DNA from: Patescibacteria group bacterium
Lineage (GTDB): Bacteria; Patescibacteriota; Minisyncoccia; UBA6257; 2-01-FULL-56-20
Length of the DNA stretch: 35,155 bases
Assembly: GCA_038057515.1 (NCBI GenBank)
Contig: JBBUDB010000034.1
Span: forward strand, 1-35,155
Direction of reading: 5' to 3'
Part shown: positions 13,975 to 21,572 of the stretch, one piece after another
Layout of the letters: each line of letters begins with the position of its first letter
How positions within the stretch are numbered: position 1 is the first letter of the stretch
Position numbers and translations under genes: made by a program
The notes under the pieces: model-generated
Seen by the model: only the letters and a program-made list of their open reading frames with translations
What the model was told of the DNA's origin: nothing
The model's database searches: none

Positions 13975-16353
13975 CTACGTCCGGAGCCGCCGGTAAATGT
14001 CGTCTTCGACCGCCTGGCGGTCCGCGCCGTAGCGCGCCCTGGAACGTTCACGAAGCATCTCCACGCGCTCGTCGCCGCCTTTCGCCCACGATTCGGTGCC
14101 GATCTTGATATTGAACGGCCGCGAGGTTTCGCCGCGGATAAGAATTTTCGCGTAGGCGTTTAGGTTGTCGATGCCGACGAGGTCGTTCTCGTCGAAGACA
14201 GGCGCGAACTGCTTCACGAGAAACTCGGCATCGGGCACGCCCACGCGGAAGACAATTTGCGAGCCCACGTTACCGAAGACCGAATCACGGATCTTCTCGG
14301 CAAGCTGGGCGATAAACTGGTGAGCCATGGTGAGGTTCAGGGCATATTTTCTGGCCTCGGAAAGGATCGTGGAAATAGAGTCGGTGGTGAAGTTCTGGAA
14401 CTCGTCGATGTAGAGCGAGAAGTCGCGGCGCGCCCGCGCATCGGCGATGTCGACGCGCGAGAGGGCCGCCATAAGGATCTTCCCGGTCACGATCATGCCC
14501 AAGAGTCCGGCGTTCAAGTCGCCGATACGACCCTTCGAGAGATTGACGAGGATAATCTTCCCCTCATCCATCGCGGCCCGGAAATTGAAGGCGGATTTAG
14601 GTTGGCCAATGATCGGCCGCATATAATCGTTCGCGATGAAATTATTGAACTTCGAGGTGATGTAGGGCGTCATATTGGCAAGCGAGGCCTCGCCGCCGGC
14701 CTTGGCCGCCTCTTTTGTCCAGAAATCCACCACGACCGGGTTTGCGATGCGCTCAAGCTTGCGTTTACGGAATTCCGGGTCGGTGAAGACGCGCGGAATC
14801 TCGATAAGCGTGGCGGGTTCGTTGGGCATGTCCTCCATGAGAAGCAAGAGCGCGTTCCGCATGTACTGCTCGAACATCGGGCCCATTGATTCCGGCGGAA
14901 AGAGTTTGTTGAAGATGCTCTGCATTTCGTTCACGATGAACGTTTTTTCTTCGGGATGGTCGGCGTTATAGTCGAGCATGTTGAGACCGACGGGATGAGC
15001 CAGGTCGCTGGGGTCGAAAAGAATGACATCGTCGGCCCGTTTATCGGGAATATGCCGGAGGGCGTTCTCGACAAGCTCGCCGTGCGGGTCGATAACGGCA
15101 ATGCCCTTGCCACGCTCAATGTCGGCGAGAATCATGTTGCCCAAAAGCGTCGACTTGCCGGTGCCCGTTTGACCAACGATGTAGATGTGCCGCCGCCGGT
15201 CATCGTCGGTGATGTAGATCGGCTTGTGTTCACCACGGAACGAGCTTTCGCCAAGACGGGTGCCCTCCCCGATAAGGTTCGGCGGTGGCGGCGCCTCCTT
15301 TGATTTTAGCCACTTCACCCGCGGCGTCTCCGTGGTCGAGATCGGCAAATGGAAGAAACTTGCAATCTCTTCGGCGGAAAGTGTCATCGCCTTGCCGGAG
15401 TCGAAATTGCGGAAGGAAAAATTATAGATCAGCCCTTTCGGATTTTTGGGTTTCACGACGCGGAATTCGTTCCGCCGCGGGGCGCCGAACTGCGTGAAGC
15501 CGGCCGCCAGGCCCTCAAGAAGATCGTTCGCCTGGAAGGGCGTTGGCGCCGAAGCGATAAGGCGCACGTTCACGGCAAAAAGCGGCTTGGCCACCTTGGC
15601 GGTTAGCGCTTTTATGGCATCTTCGTCGGCCGGCTCACGCTCCATTTTTTTCTCCTTCGCCTCTTCTTTCGTATCTGGATGAAGCGCTTTCCCAACGATT
15701 CCCCAGTCGAAACTTCCGCCGCCCAAGACCTTTTCCAGGGACTCACCCTTCCTCAAAGATTCGAGATACTTCATGATCGTCTTCTTCGCCTTGGGCGCCG
15801 GACGAACTATTATTTGGAGTGCCGCACCCTCGCCGATCTCGTTGATCTTCGCAAAGGCGCCCACGATCGGCGCGAAGGTATCGCTCTCGATTTCCAGGTA
15901 GGTTCGAATGGGCAGAGCAAACGCTTTTTTCTCCGTAAGGTATGCCGCAAGAGATGCGCCCTGCGCATTAAAGATATTAAAGTCGTCGCCCGCGGACTCC
16001 ACGCTCGCCCCGCCCCACAAACCCTGAACCTGCTTGGCTGCCACTTCGGCATAACGCCGCGGCACCGAGAGGAAGAAATGGATCTCCTCGCCGACATGCG
16101 GCACGACGACCTCAAAAATGATTGGCGCCTTGATGCTCGAGAGATTCGACAAGAGCTGTTCGGTCATGGCGATCTCGGACTTGAAATCCGACTTTTTTTC
16201 GCCGACAACATTCTGCCGCGGTACTTTTATCAAAAAGAGCGCCTGCGCGAGTGAGCGTGCGAGCGCCCGGCGGCGCAGAAATTTAACGAGTGTGTAAAAA
16301 CCGATGCCTAGGGCAGCGCCAGCAATGATCCCGGAGATAAAATTCCACGTCAT
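13975..16353 (-). CDS. membrane-anchored P-loop ATPase of the TraD/VirD4 (type IV coupling protein)/FtsK-HerA superfamily, with a large N-terminal domain of unknown function
   Basis: 792 aa. N-terminal TM helix FISGIIAGAALGIGFYTLV. Walker A is IVGQTGTGKSTLLGN (encoded around 15145-15175). IDPHGE follows it. Walker B is LYIDEFQNF, and the C-terminal segment is RKYALNLTMAHQFIAQL, typical of TraD/TraG-like coupling ATPases. Confidence 0.7.
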   Translation of the reverse strand: MTWNFISGIIAGAALGIGFYTLVKFLRRRALARSLAQALFLIKVPRQNVVGEKKSDFKSEIAMTEQLLSNLSSIKAPIIFEVVVPHVGEEIHFFLSVPRRYAEVAAKQVQGLWGGASVESAGDDFNIFNAQGASLAAYLTEKKAFALPIRTYLEIESDTFAPIVGAFAKINEIGEGAALQIIVRPAPKAKKTIMKYLESLRKGESLEKVLGGGSFDWGIVGKALHPDTKEEAKEKKMEREPADEDAIKALTAKVAKPLFAVNVRLIASAPTPFQANDLLEGLAAGFTQFGAPRRNEFRVVKPKNPKGLIYNFSFRNFDSGKAMTLSAEEIASFFHLPISTTETPRVKWLKSKEAPPPPNLIGEGTRLGESSFRGEHKPIYITDDDRRRHIYIVGQTGTGKSTLLGNMILADIERGKGIAVIDPHGELVENALRHIPDKRADDVILFDPSDLAHPVGLNMLDYNADHPEEKTFIVNEMQSIFNKLFPPESMGPMFEQYMRNALLLLMEDMPNEPATLIEIPRVFTDPEFRKRKLERIANPVVVDFWTKEAAKAGGEASLANMTPYITSKFNNFIANDYMRPIIGQPKSAFNFRAAMDEGKIILVNLSKGRIGDLNAGLLGMIVTGKILMAALSRVDIADARARRDFSLYIDEFQNFTTDSISTILSEARKYALNLTMAHQFIAQLAEKIRDSVFGNVGSQIVFRVGVPDAEFLVKQFAPVFDENDLVGIDNLNAYAKILIRGETSRPFNIKIGTESWAKGGDERVEMLRERSRARYGADRQAVEDDIYRRLRT

Positions 16354-16757
16354 TATTCCACAATCCCTCGTTTCTTCAGTTCCGGATATAGTTTCCCGGC
16401 CAGCGCATCGTGAAAGGCGTCGAGTACGAACGGATTTGACTTCGCCGCGGCGGCGCTGGCTTTGGCGAGGCCATCGCGAAACGCCGACTCAAGCAAAGTT
16501 TCGATCTCAAGTTTCGTCTCTGCTGTGGCATTTTTCGCATAATCGGGCAGTGGATTCTGAAAGACGTTCGTCTGCGCCGCCGCTGGCTTATCATCCGTCG
16601 GCGCGGGCGCAATGGCCCGGATCGCCTCGCGGACTTTTTCGTGGCCCGAAAGTCCTTGCATCTCGGGGTGGTCGCGACGCTCCTTGAGCTCCACCGAAAG
16701 ACGCTCGATATCGGCCTCAAGAGCGGCTTCAAAATTCGGGGTAATGGGTTCAGGCAT
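16353..16757 (-). CDS. hypothetical 134-aa Ala/Glu-rich (probably helical) protein, translationally coupled to the downstream ATPase
   Basis: ATG at 16757 (MPEPITPNFEAALEADIERL...). The stop overlaps the ATPase start as TAATG (16351-16355). The longer track ORF (to 16853) would overlap the divergent GT39 gene and was trimmed. I recognise no family. Confidence 0.55.
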   Translation of the reverse strand: MPEPITPNFEAALEADIERLSVELKERRDHPEMQGLSGHEKVREAIRAIAPAPTDDKPAAAQTNVFQNPLPDYAKNATAETKLEIETLLESAFRDGLAKASAAAAKSNPFVLDAFHDALAGKLYPELKKRGIVE

Positions 16758-16772
16758 GAGTGTTAATGTATA

Positions 16773-18302
16773 ATGAACGGCATGACCACACGCAACACGG
16801 CGCTCGCCGTCCTTGGTATCCTCATTATAGCAATCTTCCTTCGGACCTACCATCTTTCGTCGCTGCCGCCGGGACTTTATCCCGATGAGGCGATGAACGG
16901 GAATAACGCGCTTGAAGTGCTTGGCAGCGGTGATTTCTCCACCGAAGGCGGACCAGCCTCCGGCTGGAAGGTTTACTACCCCGAGAATAACGGCCGCGAG
17001 GGGCTCTTTATGAACATCCAGGCCGTCTTTCTCGCGACATTCCTCAAGATGACCGGCGGCGACCCGGAACCCTGGATGCTCCGCTTTGCGAGCACCGTCT
17101 TCGGCTCCTTCACCGTTTTAGGACTCTATTTTCTCGGCCGCGAACTTTTCGGCCGGAAGGCGGGACTGGCGGCCTCGTTCTTCCTCGCCACGAGCTTTTG
17201 GCACATCATGTTCTCGCGCATCGGCTTCCGCGCCATCATGGCCCCGTTCTTTCTCGTTTGGGCTAGCTTCTTTCTTATCCGCGCTATTCGTCTCGGCGCC
17301 CTGCCGCGACGCCAGCTAGTATTTGCCGCCATCGGCGGCCTCGCTTTCGGTCTGGGATTTTATTCGTACATCGCCTATCGCGTTTCTCCGCTTCTTTTGC
17401 TCATCGTAGTTCCATTTTTTTGGCGGGAACGGAGATTCTGGAAAACTGCGGGGGTGTTCACCGTCGTCGCGTTCTTTGTCGCTCTGCCGATTGGACTCTA
17501 CTATCTAGCAAACCCTGCGGACTTCATGGGCCGCACTACGCAGGTATCCGTATTCGGTTCGCCGACGGTCATGAAGGATCTCGTCTTGAATATCGCGAAA
17601 ACCGCCGGCATGTTCAATATCGCCGGCGACTTCAACTGGCGGCACAACTACGCCGGCCGGCCGGAGCTCTTCTGGCCCGTCGGCCTCCTCTTCCTCGCCG
17701 GACTTGGATACGGTGCGAAACGTCTTTTTGGAGCATTGCGACACTGGACGATATTCGGCACCGACCGAGATGAAAGTTTCGCCTGGAAGTTCACTGGCGC
17801 CTGGTTCGCGCTCGCGGCGCTTCCGGTCGTTATTTCGAACGAGGGACTCCCTCATGCTCTCCGCGCCATCCTCATGATCCCGCCGACCATGATTTTTGCC
17901 GGCGCGGCGGCGGGCGCGATCTACGACCGCTTCGTCCGCGGCCGCTTCAGTATACAAACAGTCGTTTTTGGCATCGCCTTCGCAATCGCCTTTCTCACGG
18001 TCGAGGCCGGAACCGCATATTTTAAGAAGTGGGGTGGCAGTCCGGAGGCGCAAGGTGCTTTCGCCGCAAACTACGTTGAGCTCGGCCGCGAGATCCGCGC
18101 CCTGCCGAAGGAAACACCGAAGTACATCGTCGTGGAGGCGGGCGGCGTCCTCGTTCGCGGCATCCCGATGCCCGCGCAAACGGTGATGTTCATGACCGAC
18201 AGCTTCACTCCGGAAAAACAGCGCGAGAAAAACATCCACTACGTTTTGCCGCCAGATCGCGAATCGATCCCCGCCGGCGCCCGAGTTTTCGAAATCCGAT
18301 AA
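16773..18302 (+). CDS. glycosyltransferase family 39 (ArnT/PMT-like) integral membrane protein
   Basis: 509 aa with many TM helices. The N-terminal segment LRTYHLSSLPPGLYPDEAMNGNNALEV carries the DE loop motif typical of ArnT/PMT-type lipid-linked sugar transferases. An alternative start at 16782 lies 7 nt after a TATAAT (16769-16774). Confidence 0.75.
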   Translation: MNGMTTRNTALAVLGILIIAIFLRTYHLSSLPPGLYPDEAMNGNNALEVLGSGDFSTEGGPASGWKVYYPENNGREGLFMNIQAVFLATFLKMTGGDPEPWMLRFASTVFGSFTVLGLYFLGRELFGRKAGLAASFFLATSFWHIMFSRIGFRAIMAPFFLVWASFFLIRAIRLGALPRRQLVFAAIGGLAFGLGFYSYIAYRVSPLLLLIVVPFFWRERRFWKTAGVFTVVAFFVALPIGLYYLANPADFMGRTTQVSVFGSPTVMKDLVLNIAKTAGMFNIAGDFNWRHNYAGRPELFWPVGLLFLAGLGYGAKRLFGALRHWTIFGTDRDESFAWKFTGAWFALAALPVVISNEGLPHALRAILMIPPTMIFAGAAAGAIYDRFVRGRFSIQTVVFGIAFAIAFLTVEAGTAYFKKWGGSPEAQGAFAANYVELGREIRALPKETPKYIVVEAGGVLVRGIPMPAQTVMFMTDSFTPEKQREKNIHYVLPPDRESIPAGARVFEIR

Positions 18303-18328
18303 ACGCCCCGCAGAGTGTTCTAATCCCA

Positions 18329-18366
18329 ACAACATCCTTATAAACTGGAGTTTGTAAGGATGTTGT
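18329..18366 (+). terminator. 17-bp-stem hairpin with a TGGA tetraloop downstream of the GT39 gene
   Basis: ACAACATCCTTATAAAC (18329-18345) pairs with GTTTGTAAGGATGTTGT (18350-18366), including one G-U pair. There is no T-run. Confidence 0.4.
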
Positions 18367-18416
18367 AAGCTATAAATAAGCTTATAAAGATGACCGGCGG
18401 TAAAAGGAATAAAAAA

Positions 18417-19370
18417 ATGATATCGATTGCCGTCCTCTGTGGCGGCCCGTCTTCCGAACGCGAGGTGTCGCTCGCTTCGGGCCGGAACATCGCCAAGGCA
18501 CTCGATAAAAATAAATACGCCGCTTGCGTTATTGAAGTACCGGCAAATCACAGCCAGATCCTAAAACTCTTCGCCGCGCCGAAAACGTTCGCGAATATCG
18601 ACCTCGCTCTTATCGCGCTCCACGGCGCTTTCGGCGAGGATGGGGTGGTGCAAAATCTTCTCGACCTTCGGGACGTTCCCTATACCGGTTCACCGGCAGT
18701 CGCGAGCGCGCTCGGCATAGATAAGGTAATAACGATGACCGTGGCCCGCGTGAGCGGCCTCCGCGTGCCAGAATTTTTCACTGTTCAAAAACATTCCAAC
18801 ATTCTTGAGAATGTTGGAATGTTGGTACGGAACAAATTCGGTTATCCGTGCGTCGTGAAACCGAACGCCTCTGGCTCTTCGGTCGGCGTCGCCATCGTCC
18901 GCCGGGGACGCGATCTTCGAAAGGCCCTGCGGAACGCCTTCGCCGAAGGCGACACGGCCATCGTCCAGCGCTATATCAAAGGACGAGAACTGACCTGCGG
19001 CATTTTGGGGAATGCCGGCGAGGATCTTCTTGCGCTTCCCCCGATCGAAATCGTCGCCGGAAACGAGTTCTTCGACTACAACGCCAAGTACGCCTCGAAG
19101 AAGACGCAGGAGCTCTGTCCCGCCCCGGTTCGGCCGAGCGTGCGCGAGAACGTAAAGCGCGCCAGCCGCCGTATTCATGAGACGCTCGGTTGCGACGGCC
19201 TCACGCGGTCGGACTTCATCCTCGCTCCCGGCGGGAAACTTTATTTTCTGGAAATTAACACCATCCCCGGCATGACGCCCGCGAGTTTGTGCCCCAAAGA
19301 AGCCGCCGCGCTCGGCTGGAGCTTCGGCGAATTTTTGGACAAAATTATCGCGCTCGCGCTCAAAAAATAG
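18417..19370 (+). CDS. ddl: D-alanine--D-alanine ligase
   Basis: MISIAVLCGGPSSEREVSLASG, HGAFGEDGVVQNLLDLRDVPYTGS and an ATP-grasp C-terminus ending LEINTIPGMT. AAGGAA lies 8 nt upstream of 18417. The track start at 18390 is an alternative. Confidence 0.9.
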   Translation: MISIAVLCGGPSSEREVSLASGRNIAKALDKNKYAACVIEVPANHSQILKLFAAPKTFANIDLALIALHGAFGEDGVVQNLLDLRDVPYTGSPAVASALGIDKVITMTVARVSGLRVPEFFTVQKHSNILENVGMLVRNKFGYPCVVKPNASGSSVGVAIVRRGRDLRKALRNAFAEGDTAIVQRYIKGRELTCGILGNAGEDLLALPPIEIVAGNEFFDYNAKYASKKTQELCPAPVRPSVRENVKRASRRIHETLGCDGLTRSDFILAPGGKLYFLEINTIPGMTPASLCPKEAAALGWSFGEFLDKIIALALKK

Positions 19371-19400
19371 AGCCGCTAAACAAAACATCGTCCAACAAAA

Positions 19401-19423
19401 AACCCGGTAAGAAACCGGGTTTT
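19401..19423. terminator. bidirectional terminator between ddl (+) and rplU (-)
   Basis: AACCCGGT-aagaa-ACCGGGTT, with an A-run upstream and a T-run downstream. Confidence 0.7.
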
Positions 19424-19426
19424 CGC

Positions 19427-19741
19427 TTACGCAATTTTCACTTCCGTGAAGTGCTGGCGATGGCCCCGCTTCCTCCGGTAGCGCGTCTTCGAGGCGTACT
19501 TAAAGATTATCACCTTGCGAGCTCGGGCCTGGCGAACGACGGTGGCCTTGACGGTCGCGCCCGGAACGTAGGGCGTGCCCACCTCAATCTTATCGCCCTC
19601 GGCGGTCAAAAGAACCTTGTCAAAAATGACCGTTCCGCCCGCTTCGGCGTCCAGTTTCTCGATCTTTAGCGTATCTCCCTGGGCAATGCGGTATTGCTTG
19701 CCGCCGGTCTCGATAATGGCAAATTTGCTCATAGTAGTCAT
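19427..19741 (-). CDS. rplU: 50S ribosomal protein L21
   Basis: MSKFAIIETGGKQYRIAQGDTLKIEKL... is the canonical L21 N-terminus. The start is at 19741 or 19732. Confidence 0.92.
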   Translation of the reverse strand: MTTMSKFAIIETGGKQYRIAQGDTLKIEKLDAEAGGTVIFDKVLLTAEGDKIEVGTPYVPGATVKATVVRQARARKVIIFKYASKTRYRRKRGHRQHFTEVKIA

Positions 19742-19768
19742 ATGAAAAGCCCGACGCCTAAGCCGGAC

Positions 19769-20119
19769 CTAATTGACGCTAATGATAGCCGCGAAGGCCA
19801 AAAAAAGCAAGATGGCGATGACTCCCGTCGCCGCCGCGAGAATTCCGGCTAAAAATTGACTCCTCGGTTCGAAGGCGAAGGCGATAAAACCGTTGATAAT
19901 GATGACGGCAAGACCGAAGGCGCCGTAACTTATAAGTTCCGGCACGCCGCCGATCTGATTAATACCCAGTCGGTCATTGAAGTTCAAAATGAGCGGTTGG
20001 CCGATGCCGCGAAGCGCGAAATAGCTCCAGAGGAATCCGCCCACAACAAAAACCGCGCTCACGAAAAAAACGGCGGCGAGAATGCGACGACTTTGGGTCG
20101 CGGGGAAAGGGAGGCGCAT
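19769..20119 (-). CDS. hypothetical small membrane protein (3-4 TM helices)
   Basis: 116 aa and strongly hydrophobic (AAVFFVSAVFVVGGFLW, GAFGLAVIIINGFIAFAF, IAILLFLAFAAII). It lies 3 nt downstream of galT in the same orientation. Confidence 0.55.
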   Translation of the reverse strand: MRLPFPATQSRRILAAVFFVSAVFVVGGFLWSYFALRGIGQPLILNFNDRLGINQIGGVPELISYGAFGLAVIIINGFIAFAFEPRSQFLAGILAAATGVIAILLFLAFAAIISVN

Positions 20120-20122
20120 GGC

Positions 20123-21121
20123 TTATTCCCACTTCTTGCCCCGGCGCAGAAGGGCGGCGAGTTTGTCGGGGTCAATGACGTTGATGTCGATGCCGGTCGA
20201 GATCTCAAACCCAGCCGGGAGAAGAATCTTCGGGATAACGTCGATGTGCCAGTGATAGTGTTTGTATTTTTCCTGGTTCTTGAGGGGCGCGGTGTGGATG
20301 AAGAAGTTCAGGTCGGGATCGTTCAAATGCTTGCGCATCCGGCGCATCGCTCCCCCAAGGACCGCCACGACCCCTCGAACGTCGGCTCTCGGCGTACGCT
20401 CGAACGATGACTCGTGATGCTTCGGGTAGATGCTCACCTCGAAACGGCTCTTGGGCACGAAGGGCGCGAGTGCGATGGCCCGGTCATTCTCCTCGATGAT
20501 GCGTTTCCCCTCCTTGCGCTCATGCTTCAGGATATCGCAGTGTACACACCGGCGGTACTTCTTGAAGTACCGCGCGGACCCGCCGAGCGAATCGGCCACG
20601 TCCGGCGGAATAATGGGCAAGGAGAGCACCTGATAGTGCGGATGATAGAGCGAAGCGCCAGCAGAGGCCCCCCAGTTGAAGAAGGCGGTCGTGTACTGCA
20701 GGCACGGATCATTCGCGGCCATCCGGTAGCGCCGCTGGAGCGCCTCGAAGATCTCGACGCCGCGCTCCACGGGGAGATCGGCGATGGTCTTAGCGTGGTC
20801 GCGGCTCACGACCAGGTCGTGGTACCCCACGCCGTCGGCGCGGATGTAGGGACCGGTGCGCGTGGGCACGGCGCAGGTCTGGCTATGCCGGAGCGCCGGA
20901 TATTTGTTCGGAATGACCGCGACGCGCCAGTTCTTTCCCGAAGGGACGGTGAAAAATGGCGGCCAATTACCGGACTTTTCTAGGTCCTCGAAGGGGCAGG
21001 TCTTCTTCGGCGTCGGCCGGCGCACCTCGCGTTTCGGCAAGAGCTGTTCCGGGCGCTTGGCGCGCGCGGGGGCGATGATGATCCACTCATGAGAAACTGG
21101 GTCGCGGCGGAATTCGGACAT
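20123..21121 (-). CDS. galT: galactose-1-phosphate uridylyltransferase family (HIT-like nucleotidyltransferase)
   Basis: 332 aa. N-terminal FRRDPVSHEWIIIAPARAKRP, a CPFE segment, active-site HPHYQV (HxHxQ) and a second half-site HYHWHIDVIP. Confidence 0.8.
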   Translation of the reverse strand: MSEFRRDPVSHEWIIIAPARAKRPEQLLPKREVRRPTPKKTCPFEDLEKSGNWPPFFTVPSGKNWRVAVIPNKYPALRHSQTCAVPTRTGPYIRADGVGYHDLVVSRDHAKTIADLPVERGVEIFEALQRRYRMAANDPCLQYTTAFFNWGASAGASLYHPHYQVLSLPIIPPDVADSLGGSARYFKKYRRCVHCDILKHERKEGKRIIEENDRAIALAPFVPKSRFEVSIYPKHHESSFERTPRADVRGVVAVLGGAMRRMRKHLNDPDLNFFIHTAPLKNQEKYKHYHWHIDVIPKILLPAGFEISTGIDINVIDPDKLAALLRRGKKWE

Positions 21122-21165
21122 GGGGAGAAAAAATTAGATATTAGATATGAGAGATGAGGGACAAC

Positions 21166-21534
21166 CTACCTCATGAGAGTGGCGAGTATTTTCGATATTT
21201 CAACAACCTCTTTTCGAAACTGTTCCCGCAAAGCTTTATCTACGAACTGGAACTCATACAGTATATCAAGCAGAGGGACCAACTCAAAGGCCGAGGCCCT
21301 GGCCATGCGATAGAAGTTCTTTTTATCTTTCTCTGTTACCCTCCCTGACCCTTCCGCAAGATTGAGCGGAATCGACGACGCCGCACCGATCACCTGGTCC
21401 CGTATTCGTCCATACTCTCTCGGCAAGACAATCGCCACCTTGATGAGTTGTAAAGAAAAATCCAAAGCTCGACGATACACCCTGAGATCCTCAAAAATAA
21501 ATCTCTCCTGGTTTTCCATAGTAACTCTTGCCAC
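21166..21534 (-). CDS. four-helix-bundle protein (23S rRNA intervening-sequence protein/Avd-like family)
   Basis: 122 aa. FEDLRVYRRALDFSLQLIKV...IRDQVIGAASSIPLNLAEGSGR...FYRMARASAFEL matches the family signature. The gene and its flanks are visibly more AT-rich than the neighbouring genes. Confidence 0.8.
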   Translation of the reverse strand: MARVTMENQERFIFEDLRVYRRALDFSLQLIKVAIVLPREYGRIRDQVIGAASSIPLNLAEGSGRVTEKDKKNFYRMARASAFELVPLLDILYEFQFVDKALREQFRKEVVEISKILATLMR

Positions 21535-21572
21535 GCAGATACCCCAACTCCTAATTTCTCATCTCTATTCTC

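Noticed and set aside
17505-18551. Long antisense ORFs inside well-supported genes: 17505..18551 (-) in GT39/ddl, 23512..24471 (+) in mreC/mreD, 24695..25627 (+) in mreB, 25628..26470 (+) in proS, 7073..7708 (+) in aspS, 14257..14889 (+) and 15679..16254 (+) in the ATPase, and 32834..33511 (+) in the DUF4015-like gene
   Set aside because: These are shadow ORFs, expected in roughly 60-65% GC DNA. They are Arg/Ala/Gly-rich with no motifs, and each is fully overlapped by a gene with clear family signatures.
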